Made by a program: the position numbers and the translations under genes
Source: Delftia acidovorans NBRC 14950
Lineage (GTDB): Bacteria > Pseudomonadota > Gammaproteobacteria > Burkholderiales > Burkholderiaceae_C
NCBI RefSeq assembly: GCF_001598795.1
Contig: NZ_BCZP01000003.1
Span: 352,602 to 384,601 of the forward strand
Length of the DNA: 32,000 nt
Direction: 5' to 3'
The notes under the pieces: model-generated
The model's database searches: none
What the model was told of the DNA's origin: nothing
The model's input: only the letters and a program-made list of their open reading frames with translations
Shown: positions 8,191 through 19,302 of the stretch, piece after piece
Layout: each line of letters starts with the position of its first letter
How positions within the stretch are numbered: the stretch's first letter is position 1

Positions 8191-8224
8191 CAGAAACTTC
8201 CCATGATCTGTATACACTTTTTGT
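8191..8224. promoter_or_regulatory. Second copy of the candidate GntR operator, upstream of the nucleobase permease (CAGAAACT-N9-CTGTATACA-CTTT-TTGT)
   Basis: CTGTATACA at 8208..8216, TTGT at 8221..8224 (same N4 spacing as at 3141..3157) and CAGAAACT at 8191..8198. Lies about 70-100 nt upstream of the ATG at 8293. Confidence 0.45.
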
Positions 8225-8292
8225 ATGGATGTTGGCGCCGAACCCTGCCACGCCGGCGTCCGTTCCCATAAATCCCGAGGAGACAAATCCCC

Positions 8293-9780
8293 ATGCAATC
8301 TTCCGTTCATCCCGTCGATGAGATGCTGCCCGCAGGCAAGCTCACGGCGCTGGGCCTGCAGCACGTTCTCGTGATGTATGCGGGCGCCGTGGCCGTGCCC
8401 CTGATCGTCGGCCGCGCACTCAACCTGCCGCCCGAGCAGGTGGCCCACCTGATCTCGGCCGACCTGTTTTGCTGCGGCCTGATCACGCTGATCCAGGCCA
8501 TGGGCGCCACCCAGTGGTTCGGCATCAAGCTGCCCGTGATGATGGGCGTGACCTTCGCCAGCGTGGCGCCCATGGTGTCCATGGCGCAGAGCACGGGCGG
8601 CTCGGCGGGGGCGGGGCTGATCTTCGGCTCGGTGATCGGGGCGGGGATCGTGTCCATCCTCATCGCCCCGCTGATCAGCCGCATGCTGCGCTTTTTCCCG
8701 CCCGTGGTGACCGGCACCATCATTGCCGTCATCGGCATCAGCCTGATGCGCGTGGGCGTGAACTGGATCTTCGGCAACCCCGTCGGCCCCACCGCTCCCA
8801 GCGTGCCCAACCCCGAGCACCTGAAATGGCTGGCCGACGCCCAGGCCACGGCCGGCGCGCCGGGCTCCTCGCTGCCGCCCGTGCCCAAGGGTTTCGCGGT
8901 CGTGCCCACCATTCCCAACCCCAAGTACGGCGACCTGACCGGCGTGGGCATCTCGGCCATCGTGCTGCTGTCCATCCTGCTGATCGCGCGCTTTGCCAAG
9001 GGCTTCCTGGCCAACGTCTCGGTGCTCATGGGCATCCTGATCGGCGGCGTGCTGTCCGTGGCCATGGGCCTGATGGACTTCAGCAAGGTCGCCAAGGCCG
9101 AATGGTTCACGATGGTGCTGCCCTTCGAGATCGCCACGCCGGTGTTCGACCCCATCCTCATCCTCACCATGAGTCTGGTGATGGTGGTGGTGATGATCGA
9201 GTCCACCGGCATGTTCCTGGCCCTGGGCGACATGACCGATCGCAAGATCAGCCAGGACGAGCTGACACGCGGCCTGCGCACCGACGGCCTGGGCACGCTG
9301 ATCGGCGGCATCTTCAACACCTTCCCCTACACCAGCTTCTCGCAGAACGTGGGCCTGGTCGCCGTCACCGGCGTCAAGAGCCGCTGGGTCTGCGTGGCCG
9401 GCGGCGTGATCCTGATCGTGCTGGGCGTGCTGCCCAAGATGGGCGCCCTGGTCGAGTCCCTGCCCACCGTGGTGCTGGGCGGCGCGGGCCTGGTGATGTT
9501 CGGCATGGTGGCCTCCACCGGCATCCGCATCCTGAGCAACGTGGATTTCCAGACCAATCGCAACAACGCCATGATCGTCGCCGTGTCCATCGGCGTGGGC
9601 ATGATTCCGCTGGTGGCGCCGAATTTCCGCCAATGGATGCCCCACGGCATTCATCCGTTGATCGAATCCGGTATCCTGCTGGCCTCGATTACCGCGGTGG
9701 CATTGAACATTTTCTTCAACGGAGCCAGCAGCGATACCTCTGCTGCCGTCCGGGCCGCACGCCAGGCAGACGCCCACTGA
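8293..9780 (+). CDS. NCS2-family nucleobase:cation symporter (xanthine/uric acid permease type)
   Basis: GLQHVLVMYAGAVAVPLIVGRAL, multiple TM segments, FSQNVGLVAVTGVKSRWV. GAGGAG RBS at 8277..8282. Adjacent to purine-catabolism genes. Confidence 0.9.
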   Translation: MQSSVHPVDEMLPAGKLTALGLQHVLVMYAGAVAVPLIVGRALNLPPEQVAHLISADLFCCGLITLIQAMGATQWFGIKLPVMMGVTFASVAPMVSMAQSTGGSAGAGLIFGSVIGAGIVSILIAPLISRMLRFFPPVVTGTIIAVIGISLMRVGVNWIFGNPVGPTAPSVPNPEHLKWLADAQATAGAPGSSLPPVPKGFAVVPTIPNPKYGDLTGVGISAIVLLSILLIARFAKGFLANVSVLMGILIGGVLSVAMGLMDFSKVAKAEWFTMVLPFEIATPVFDPILILTMSLVMVVVMIESTGMFLALGDMTDRKISQDELTRGLRTDGLGTLIGGIFNTFPYTSFSQNVGLVAVTGVKSRWVCVAGGVILIVLGVLPKMGALVESLPTVVLGGAGLVMFGMVASTGIRILSNVDFQTNRNNAMIVAVSIGVGMIPLVAPNFRQWMPHGIHPLIESGILLASITAVALNIFFNGASSDTSAAVRAARQADAH

Positions 9781-9787
9781 TGAAACA

Positions 9788-9807
9788 GTGCCCGCCCTGG
9801 CGGGCAC
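9788..9807 (+). terminator. GC-rich hairpin just after the permease stop (no U-tract); possible terminator or REP-like element
   Basis: GTGCCCGC-cctg-GCGGGCAC. Further hairpins follow at 9819..9838 and 9844..9871. The lack of a T-run keeps confidence low. Confidence 0.35.
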
Positions 9808-9965
9808 GCCCAACAATCGCCCGGCCTACCCGCCGGGCTGTGCGCCCCCTGCCGTCCATAGGCGCCAGGGGGCTTGTTGTCGAAATCCCTGAGGCAAAAC
9901 TGTCCTGACCCTCATAGGCTGTAGCTATCCGGTAAGCTCCGAGAGCATTTGCAGAGAATTCCTGT

Positions 9966-12263
<2,298 letters not shown>

Positions 12264-12277
12264 TCCGCGCCGCACCC

Positions 12278-12311
12278 AAAAAAGGCGCCCCTTCACAGGG
12301 GCGCCTTTTTT
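12278..12311 (+). terminator. Rho-independent (potentially bidirectional) terminator after maeB
   Basis: AAAAAA-GGCGCCCC-ttcaca-GGGGCGCC-TTTTTT: 8-bp stem flanked by A-run and T-run. Confidence 0.8.
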
Positions 12312-12364
12312 ACGCCCCCGGCCCCGGCAGGAGCGGCGCAACCCCGGCTAGAATACGCAGCTTC

Positions 12365-12452
12365 GGAGACTTGGGTGAGCGGTTTAAACCAGCAGTCTTG
12401 AAAACTGCCGACGGGCAACCGTCCGTGAGTTCGAATCTCACAGTCTCCGCCA
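12365..12452 (+). tRNA. tRNA-Ser (anticodon UGA), class II with long variable arm, CCA encoded
   Basis: GGAGACT...AGTCTCC acceptor stem. Anticodon stem-loop GCAGT-CTTGAAA-ACTGC. Variable arm CGACGGGCAACCGTCCG. T-arm GTGAGTTCGAATCTCAC. Closely parallels my recollection of E. coli tRNA-Ser(UGA). Confidence 0.92.
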
Positions 12453-12473
12453 GATTCAGATGATCAGAAACAA

Positions 12474-12496
12474 AGCGCCTGCCCAGGCGCTTTTTT
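12474..12496 (+). terminator. Rho-independent terminator after tRNA-Ser
   Basis: AGCGCC-tgccca-GGCGCT followed by TTTTTT (12491..12496). Confidence 0.65.
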
Positions 12497-12722
12497 CTTG
12501 TCCATCGCGCGCCAGGCAGGTTCAACCAGCGCCCTGCCCCCGGCTGCAGCCACGCAGCCCGCCGTGAGCCTGCAGGCAACGGCCTCCACACATTCTTCAC
12601 ACAGTCTTTACATTGGATTAACCAAGCAGACATAAGCTGCCGGGCTTCTAGCGCTCGCGTAAGCCAAGAGTCCGTAGCCAACGCTGAAGCACCGTTCGAC
12701 CGTCTCCCTGGGAATTTCCCTT

Positions 12723-14291
12723 GTGCCAGCGCGCTTCTCTCCGCTGCCGGCCTCTGTCATGACCTCTCCTGTTTCCTCTCAAGCAGCGAGCACGATCACG
12801 CGAAGCGCTCCGCTCACCCTGGCCGCTCCGTCGCTTTCACTCGCCCTCAAGATCGCTATCGGCCTGCTGGTCTTTGCCGTGGCCTGGTTGCTGCAGATCG
12901 ACAGCTCCAGCCTCACGGCACCCAAGGACAATCTCGAACAGCTGACCTGGGTGCACAGTCTGGAATGGGGCTACTACAAGCACCCGCCCCTGCCGACCTG
13001 GCTGCTTTCGGTGCCGGTTCATCTGTTCGGGCTGTCTGCGCGCACCAGCTACGCCACCGGCGCGCTTTTCACGCTGGCGGGCCTGTTCCTTTTCTGGAAG
13101 CTGCTGAATGACTTGCGCGGCAGCGGCTACGCCACGCTGGCCCTGTTGGCGGCCATGTGCATCACCTACTACAACGAGCGGATGCACTTCTTCAACCATG
13201 AAGTGGTGCTGATGCCCTTCTTCGCGGCCAGCGCCCTGCTGGTGTGGCGTGCGGTGGGCAGCAGGCAGCTGCGCTGGTGGGCCGCCCTGGGCTGCTGCCT
13301 GGGGCTGGGCGCACTGGCCAAGTACCAGATGATCCTGGCCGCCGTGGCGGTATTCCTGTTCTGGCTGGCGTCAGGCGCCTGGCGCGAGCGGGTCCACATG
13401 ATAGGCCTGGTGCTGGCGGCGGCCATCTCGCTGGCCATCATCTCGCCGCACCTGTACTGGCTTTTCCTGAACGACTTCGGCCCCATCCGCTATGCCACCG
13501 AATCCTCGCTGGGCGCCAGCCTGGGCGGTGGCGCAAGACTGCTCAATACGGTGCACTGGCTGGCCGACCAGCTGCTCAACCGTGCATTGCTCGCCTGGGT
13601 GCTGCTGGGACTGGTGATGGCCCTGCACCGCCGCAGCCGCCTTGCGCCGCAGGACACACCGCAGCGTCCCGGGACAGCCGATGCATCGCGCGCGCTGATC
13701 CTGTGCTTTGGCCTCACGCCCATCGTGCTGACCTGCGCCATCGGCATCTTTGCGGGCTCGTCGCTGCAGCTGCACTGGGGCACGCCCTTTCTGCTGCTGG
13801 CCGTTCCCGTCGCCATGGAGCTGGCCGGTGCCAGGCTGCACCCGTCGCGCATATCGATCACCACCGCCATCAAGTGCTTCGTGGCGCTTCAACTGGCCTT
13901 GCTGCTCGTGGCCCAGATGACCTCGGCGCGCAGTGAACTGCGGCTTAACAGCCGGCACTGGAGAAACTTCGATTCAAGGGCCTTGAGCCAGGCGCTTGCC
14001 GAACCCGCGCGCGAAGCGCTGGGCGGCGATATCCGCGTGATCGCAGGCCCCACGGCCGAGGCCAAGGCCCTGGCCCTGAAGCTGCGCGAAAAGCCCCTGG
14101 TGCTGATCGATGGGCGCATGGACATCAGCCCCTGGATTTCCCAGCACATGGTGGATGCCTGCGGGATGCTGCACCTGCAGCTGGCGGCATCTCAGCCGCC
14201 CGGCCATCAGCCGGTGGGAGAAGGATTTCCATCCCTCTTCTGGCGTGTTACCCCGCCGGAGGAAGATGCGGGCAGCTGCATCCCAAGCTGA
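12723..14291 (+). CDS. Glycosyltransferase family 39 / ArnT-PMT_2-like polytopic membrane glycosyltransferase. Start uncertain: GTG at 12723 or ATG at 12759.
   Basis: Multiple TM helices. Characteristic first periplasmic loop DNLEQLTWVHSLEWGYYKHPPLPTWLL (compare DEAYYW...WGYFDHPP in this family). ALAKYQ segment. Confidence 0.78.
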   Translation: MPARFSPLPASVMTSPVSSQAASTITRSAPLTLAAPSLSLALKIAIGLLVFAVAWLLQIDSSSLTAPKDNLEQLTWVHSLEWGYYKHPPLPTWLLSVPVHLFGLSARTSYATGALFTLAGLFLFWKLLNDLRGSGYATLALLAAMCITYYNERMHFFNHEVVLMPFFAASALLVWRAVGSRQLRWWAALGCCLGLGALAKYQMILAAVAVFLFWLASGAWRERVHMIGLVLAAAISLAIISPHLYWLFLNDFGPIRYATESSLGASLGGGARLLNTVHWLADQLLNRALLAWVLLGLVMALHRRSRLAPQDTPQRPGTADASRALILCFGLTPIVLTCAIGIFAGSSLQLHWGTPFLLLAVPVAMELAGARLHPSRISITTAIKCFVALQLALLLVAQMTSARSELRLNSRHWRNFDSRALSQALAEPAREALGGDIRVIAGPTAEAKALALKLREKPLVLIDGRMDISPWISQHMVDACGMLHLQLAASQPPGHQPVGEGFPSLFWRVTPPEEDAGSCIPS

Positions 14292-14315
14292 ACAGGGTGA
14301 TGGCTGGGCCGGGCA

Positions 14316-14834
14316 CTAGCGAACCAGCACGTGCCGCACATCGATGGCAAAGCCGCTCAAACCCTTGCCCGGGGTTTCGCCGTCTTCGACGTCCACATCG
14401 AACAACTGCCAGTGCGCTTGCCTGCCTTGCGGCAAAGGCAGACAGGAGATCTGCGGCCCCATGTCGATCATGGCTGCGATGTTGTTGACCGCCTGCACCT
14501 GCGCCGCGCGCACCAGAGGCATCAGCAGTTCGTCGGCAATGCCCAACGCGCGCAGGCGGCCCAGCGCCTGCTGCGCATCGCTGAGCAACGGGCCTTCGTT
14601 GACGTTCAGATCTCCTTGGTGCAGTTGCTCCAGCCAGCGGCTGTCGCCGGCGGCCGCCACCTCGCTGCACAACCCGTGAACCAGTGCCGCCATAGCCACG
14701 GCGGGCTCTCCGCGGCTTTCGCTCAGAGCCCATAGCACGGGCTCGGTCATACCAAGCGATTCGTAATAAGGGAACAGCCCGTGCAGCTCGGGATGCTGTT
14801 CGAGCAGGTACTCGCTGTAGGACTTTTTGGGCAT
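14316..14834 (-). CDS. Hypothetical acidic cytoplasmic protein, 172 aa, no family recognised
   Basis: Open frame with strong third-position G/C bias consistent with its neighbours. No Shine-Dalgarno seen upstream, and no TM or signal peptide. Confidence 0.55.
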   Translation of the reverse strand: MPKKSYSEYLLEQHPELHGLFPYYESLGMTEPVLWALSESRGEPAVAMAALVHGLCSEVAAAGDSRWLEQLHQGDLNVNEGPLLSDAQQALGRLRALGIADELLMPLVRAAQVQAVNNIAAMIDMGPQISCLPLPQGRQAHWQLFDVDVEDGETPGKGLSGFAIDVRHVLVR

Positions 14835-15031
14835 GGGCGTGCAGTGTGTTTTCAGATCAGGGCTTGGGGATTTTCTGAGCAGATGGCGATATCTGGCTCA
14901 TTGGCTCCGTGCTTTTTCTTGCGCCGGAGGAAGACAGCAGAATCCGGGTCATATTTGCGGGCAGCCTGCCTTCGGGGCTGAAGAGGCTTTCGCGCCCTGA
15001 GGACCTGGCGGCCAAATCGCTCCTTGCATCC

Positions 15032-15691
15032 TCAACCCAGGGCAGGCGCTCGCAGATACCCCATCAGCACCTGCACGATGCCATCCTCCAGGGCCTGGGG
15101 GGTGAACATGACCGGCGGATCGATGACGGCGGCATGCACCAGGGACTCCATGGTCTGCAGCAGCATCCAGGTGGCCAGGTCCAGATCGCGGTGGGCGAGC
15201 TGACTGCGGTGCAGCTCCAGGAGCTGGCGCACCTGGCGGAAGATGCCGCCGTCGGCCGCGCTTTGCTCGCGCGGCGCGTCGAAGAAGGGGAACTCCTTTT
15301 CCAGCACCCGGTGCAGATCGGGCTCGACCCGGTGCGCCGCCAGCAGCGCGCGGACCATGGCCTGCACATGGCCTTGCAGGCCCTGCGGCCGCTCTGCCGC
15401 AAGCACGGCGGCAATGGCCGCGTACATCTGCGCGGCGTGACGCTCGTGCAAGGCCGTGATCAGCGAGTCCTTGTTGGGAAAGTACTGGTAGAGCGAACCC
15501 ACGCTCACACCTGCGCGCTCGGCCACCAGATTGGTGTTGGTGGCGGCGTAGCCGCGTTCTGCAAGAACGCGAGCCGCGGCCTCCAGAATGGCCTCGACCG
15601 TGGCAAGGGAACGCGCCTGCCGTGGCTGCTTGCGGGGCTGGGGCGGCTGCCGCTGCGCCGCCTGCGAATGCGAGTTTTCAATGCGAGCCAT
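15032..15691 (-). CDS. TetR/AcrR-family transcriptional regulator, divergent from the MFS gene
   Basis: ILEAAARVLAERGYAATNTNLVAERAGVSVGSLYQYFPNKDSLITAL (canonical TetR HTH). GGAG upstream of the ATG. Confidence 0.9.
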   Translation of the reverse strand: MARIENSHSQAAQRQPPQPRKQPRQARSLATVEAILEAAARVLAERGYAATNTNLVAERAGVSVGSLYQYFPNKDSLITALHERHAAQMYAAIAAVLAAERPQGLQGHVQAMVRALLAAHRVEPDLHRVLEKEFPFFDAPREQSAADGGIFRQVRQLLELHRSQLAHRDLDLATWMLLQTMESLVHAAVIDPPVMFTPQALEDGIVQVLMGYLRAPALG

Positions 15692-15751
15692 GGCTCATAT
15701 TCTCCTGGACATGTGATCTGAGTTTTTACTCGTATTTGAAAGGGAATGCAC

Positions 15752-16960
15752 ATGTCTTCCGGAATTTCGCCATCCGCGGCCGCGTCGCCGCCGGTGAACG
15801 CATTCGCGCGGCTGCTGCCGCTGACGCTGGCGGTCTTCGTCAGCTTTCTCTGCCTGGGCATGCCCATGCCCGTGCTGCCCCTGCACCTGAGCCAGACCCT
15901 GGGACTGGGCACGCTGGGCGTGGGCACGGTGATGGGCTGCCAGTTCGCGGCGGCCCTGCTGTCGCGGGCCTGGGCCGGCTCTCTGGCCGACACGCGCGGC
16001 GCCAGGCGTGCCGTGGTGCTGGGTATGTTGCTGGCCGCCGCTTCGGGCGTGGCCTACCTGATGTCCCGCGCCTTCGAGGGCGGACAGGCCGCAGTCTGGG
16101 TGCTGGCCGCCGGCCGCGTGATGCTGGGCTGCGCCGAGAGCCTGATCATCACCGGCGCCCTGAGCTGGGGCATGGGAATGATCGGCCCGCAACATGCCGG
16201 CAAGGTGATGGCCTGGGTGGGCATTGCCATGTACGGCGCCTATGCGGCGGGCGCGCCGGCCGGCGTGGCAGTGCAGGCGGCCTGGGGCTTCTCGGGCATT
16301 GCCGTGGCCACCATCGTGCTGCCGCTGGCCGCCCTGGTCATGGTCTGGGGCCTGCGCGCCACGCCGGCTGCGGCCCAGCGCCGCACACCGTTCTACAAGG
16401 TGCTGGGCACGGTGTGGCTGCCCGGCCTGGGGCTGGCCCTGTCCAGCGCGGGCTTTGGCGTGATCACCACTTTTGCGGCGCTGCTGTTCGCGTCGCGCGG
16501 GTGGGGCGCGGCCTCGCTGGCCTTCACGGCCTTCGGCCTGGCCTTCATCGGGGCGCGTTTGTTCTTCGGCCATCTGCCTGACAAGCTGGGTGGCGTGCGG
16601 GTGGCGCTGGCCAGCATTCCGCTGGAGGCGGCGGGCCTGCTGCTGATTTGGGGCGGCGGCGATGCGGCCTGGGCCTATGCGGGAGCCGCACTCACCGGCT
16701 TCGGCTATTCGCTGGCCTTCCCGGCCTTCGGCGTGGAGGCCGTCCGCCGTGCGCCACCCCAGGCGCGCGGTGCGGCCATGGGCGCCTATGTGGCCTTCTT
16801 CGACCTGTCCATGGGATTGACGGCCCCCGCCGCCGGGCTGCTGGCCAGTGTCACGGGCGTCGGAGACGTGTATTTCGCCGCCGCCGTGAGCGTGGCCCTG
16901 TCCATTGCCGTGGCCCTGCTGCTGCGCGTGAACGCAGCCCGGGGAGCCTCCCATGGCTGA
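15752..16960 (+). CDS. MFS transporter (YhhS/arabinose-efflux-like, 12 TM). ORF opens at 15746; ATG at 15752 has the better RBS spacing.
   Basis: Hydrophobic throughout, with MFS loop motif LADTRGARRAV. AGGGA at 15741..15745 abuts the 15746 ATG but is 6 nt from the 15752 ATG. Confidence 0.85.
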   Translation: MSSGISPSAAASPPVNAFARLLPLTLAVFVSFLCLGMPMPVLPLHLSQTLGLGTLGVGTVMGCQFAAALLSRAWAGSLADTRGARRAVVLGMLLAAASGVAYLMSRAFEGGQAAVWVLAAGRVMLGCAESLIITGALSWGMGMIGPQHAGKVMAWVGIAMYGAYAAGAPAGVAVQAAWGFSGIAVATIVLPLAALVMVWGLRATPAAAQRRTPFYKVLGTVWLPGLGLALSSAGFGVITTFAALLFASRGWGAASLAFTAFGLAFIGARLFFGHLPDKLGGVRVALASIPLEAAGLLLIWGGGDAAWAYAGAALTGFGYSLAFPAFGVEAVRRAPPQARGAAMGAYVAFFDLSMGLTAPAAGLLASVTGVGDVYFAAAVSVALSIAVALLLRVNAARGASHG

Positions 16961-17735
16961 GCCGCTTCACACCCCCGCCGGCACGCAGCGCGCCCTGGGC
17001 ACCGTGGTGAACGTGCAGTCCATCACCCCGCGCATGCGCCGCATCACGCTGGGCGGCGAGCAGATTGCCGCCTTCTCGCGAGCGCCCGCAGCGGATGCGC
17101 CCGCTGCCTGGGTCAAGCTGTTCCTGCCGTCCGGCGAAGGCCGGGCCTATACGCTGCGCAGCGTGGACCGCCAGGCCGGCACGCTGGACATTGACCTGGT
17201 GCTGCATGGCGATGCATTCAATGCCAAGCATGAGAACAACACCTCCGCTGGCGGCGACGGCCCTGCCTCCCGCTGGGCCGCCCAGGCCCGCGTGGGCGAG
17301 CAGGTGGCCATTGCCGGCCCGCGCAGTGGCGGCTTCGCTCCACCGGCCGACACCGATTGGATGATGCTGGCAGGCGATGCATCGGCCCTTCCGGCCATGC
17401 AGTCCATCGCCGCGAGACTGCCGGCCTCCGCCCGGGTCAAGGCCTATGTGGAAATCGTCGACGACGGCGAATGCCAACCCATGGACAGCGCCGCCAACTG
17501 GCGCACCGAGTGGATCACCGCTGCGCCAGGCCAGCCCGGCCAGCCCGGCCAGAGGCTGTGCCAGCGGCTCATGTACCGGCCGCTGCCGCTGGGCATCGGC
17601 TATCTGTGGATGGCCGGCGAGTCCGGCGCCATGCGCACGTTGAAGATGCACTTCCTGGACCGTGGCATCGCCCGCACCCAGCTGAGCACCAAGGGCTACT
17701 GGAAATCCGGCGAGGCGGACCACAAGGATCGCTAG
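16953..17735 (+). CDS. Siderophore-interacting protein (SIP/ViuB-type FAD-binding ferric-siderophore reductase)
   Basis: RAYTLRS (RxYT FAD motif), GPASRWA, VAIAGPRSG, MLAGDASALPA, YLWMAGE, KGYWKSG. The start overlaps the MFS stop by 8 nt. Confidence 0.85.
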   Translation: MAEPLHTPAGTQRALGTVVNVQSITPRMRRITLGGEQIAAFSRAPAADAPAAWVKLFLPSGEGRAYTLRSVDRQAGTLDIDLVLHGDAFNAKHENNTSAGGDGPASRWAAQARVGEQVAIAGPRSGGFAPPADTDWMMLAGDASALPAMQSIAARLPASARVKAYVEIVDDGECQPMDSAANWRTEWITAAPGQPGQPGQRLCQRLMYRPLPLGIGYLWMAGESGAMRTLKMHFLDRGIARTQLSTKGYWKSGEADHKDR

Positions 17736-17745
17736 AGCCGCTAGG

Positions 17746-17764
17746 GCTGCGCACGCAGCTTTCT
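17746..17764 (+). terminator. Weak terminator-like hairpin after the SIP gene
   Basis: GCTGC-gcac-GCAGC followed by TTTCT. Short stem and poor U-tract. Confidence 0.35.
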
Positions 17765-17867
17765 CCCCCCATCAACAGCGCCACATCCCCCGGGTAACCA
17801 CCCGGACGCGGGATGCAGGCGCTCACTAGAATCAAAAAATGAACTTTGACATCAACATTCAAATTCA

Positions 17868-19301
17868 ATGAAAACCAATGGCTGCCAGACGGCGCCTCCC
17901 TCGGCCTCCGAACTGCATGCGGCGTATGCAGCCGGCACGCTGACGCCCATGCAAGCCACGGAGCACTGCCTGCGGGTGGCCTGCGCAAGCCAGTCCGTGT
18001 TCACGCGCATCACGGCGGACCGCGCGCTCGAAGAGGCCCGGCAGTCCACGGAGCGCTGGCGCGCGGGCCGGCCGCTGGGGCCGCTGGACGGCATCCCCAT
18101 CAGCTGGAAGGACTTGTTCGACGTGCGCGGCACGCCGACCACGGCGGCCTCGGCCCTGCTGCAGTCGGCCGCGCCAGCCCGGGCCGACGCCACCGTGGTA
18201 GCGCGTGCCGCAGCGGCCGGCATGGTCTGCCTGGGCAAGACCAATCTCAGTGAGTTCGCCTACTCGGGCCTGGGGCTCAATCCCTGCTTCGGCACGCCGG
18301 TGTTTGCACATGAGGGAGGCCACGACCGGGCGCCCGGAGGCTCGTCCAGCGGCGCTGCGCTGGCCGTGGCCCTGGGGTGCGGGCCGCTGGCCATGGGCAC
18401 GGACACGGCGGGGTCCGTGCGCATTCCCGCCGCCTTCAACGGGCTGGCGGGCTATCGCGCCAGCAGGGGGCGCTATTGCCTGCAGGGCGTGTTTGCGCTG
18501 GCGCCGTCCCTGGACACCCTGGGGCCGCTGGCCCTGAGCGTGGCCGACTGCATGGCGCTGGACCGCGTGCTGCGCGGGCTGACCGACGACGGCCATGCCA
18601 ACGCATCCCCTGCCGCGGACCTGCGCAATCAGGTGTTCTGCACGGACCTCAGCCTGCTGGATGACGACCGCGTGCAAGCTCCCGTGCGCAACAACCTCCT
18701 GTCCTCCCTGGCCTTGCTGGAGACCCGGGGTGCCCGCGTGGAGCGCCGCACGCTGCGCAGCCTGCGCGCCGTACGGACGCTGACCCGGCGCCATGGCTGG
18801 CTGGGTGCCCATGAAGCCTTTGCCACCCACCGCGCACGCCTGGACGATGCCGATCAGGCCGCACGCATGGACCCGCGCGTGCGCCAGCGCCTGGAGGCGG
18901 CCAGGAATCTGAGTCCTGACAGCTACCGGACATTGATCGCCCAGCGCGCACCACTGATGGCCTTGTTCGCGCAGGAGCTGGGCGATGCCACCCTGGTGCT
19001 GCCCACCACGGGCCACACCGCACCCCTGCTGCTGCCGCTGCTGGACGACGACAGGCTGTTTGCCGAAACCAACCTCGCCACGCTGCGGCTGACCATGCCC
19101 GGCAGCTACCTGGACACGCCGGCCGTGGCCCTGCCCAGCGGCGTGCAGCGCATTCCCGGCCTGGACGGCAGGCCTGCGTTTCTGCCCACGGGCCTGCAGC
19201 TCATGCGCCCCCGGGGCGATGACGACCGGCTGCTGCGCATTGCGCTGAGCGTCGAACAGGTTCTTTCCCCCTCCACCGTTCCCATTGATAGGAGTGCATG
19301 A
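17868..19301 (+). CDS. Amidase-signature (AS) family amidohydrolase
   Basis: [16 protein letters not shown] (catalytic Lys context), [47 protein letters not shown]: the Ser-cisSer-Lys signature region. Confidence 0.88.
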   Translation: MKTNGCQTAPPSASELHAAYAAGTLTPMQATEHCLRVACASQSVFTRITADRALEEARQSTERWRAGRPLGPLDGIPISWKDLFDVRGTPTTAASALLQSAAPARADATVVARAAAAGMVCLGKTNLSEFAYSGLGLNPCFGTPVFAHEGGHDRAPGGSSSGAALAVALGCGPLAMGTDTAGSVRIPAAFNGLAGYRASRGRYCLQGVFALAPSLDTLGPLALSVADCMALDRVLRGLTDDGHANASPAADLRNQVFCTDLSLLDDDRVQAPVRNNLLSSLALLETRGARVERRTLRSLRAVRTLTRRHGWLGAHEAFATHRARLDDADQAARMDPRVRQRLEAARNLSPDSYRTLIAQRAPLMALFAQELGDATLVLPTTGHTAPLLLPLLDDDRLFAETNLATLRLTMPGSYLDTPAVALPSGVQRIPGLDGRPAFLPTGLQLMRPRGDDDRLLRIALSVEQVLSPSTVPIDRSA

Positions 19302-19302
19302 C

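Noticed and set aside
7948-8292. Purine (guanine/xanthine) riboswitch in the permease leader
   Set aside because: No conserved three-way-junction core sequences are recognisable. The region is better explained by a promoter plus the shared GntR-type operator and a REP-like hairpin.
6298-9816. 1172-aa ORF on the minus strand
   Set aside because: Antisense shadow of the M20 hydrolase and NCS2 permease genes. Gly/His/Asp/Ala-rich nonsense sequence, and it would also have to read through a strong terminator and an intergenic region.
12453-12722. Integration scar or att site of a genomic island at tRNA-Ser
   Set aside because: No integrase gene is present, and scanning by eye found no direct repeat of the tRNA 3' end. 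The region contains only a terminator and a plausible promoter (TTTACA at 12607..12612) for the glycosyltransferase gene.
17521-17550. Short CCAGCCCGG repeat (GQPGQPGQ) inside the SIP gene
   Set aside because: Only two to three copies, in frame and within a loop region. It is too small to call a meaningful repeat feature.
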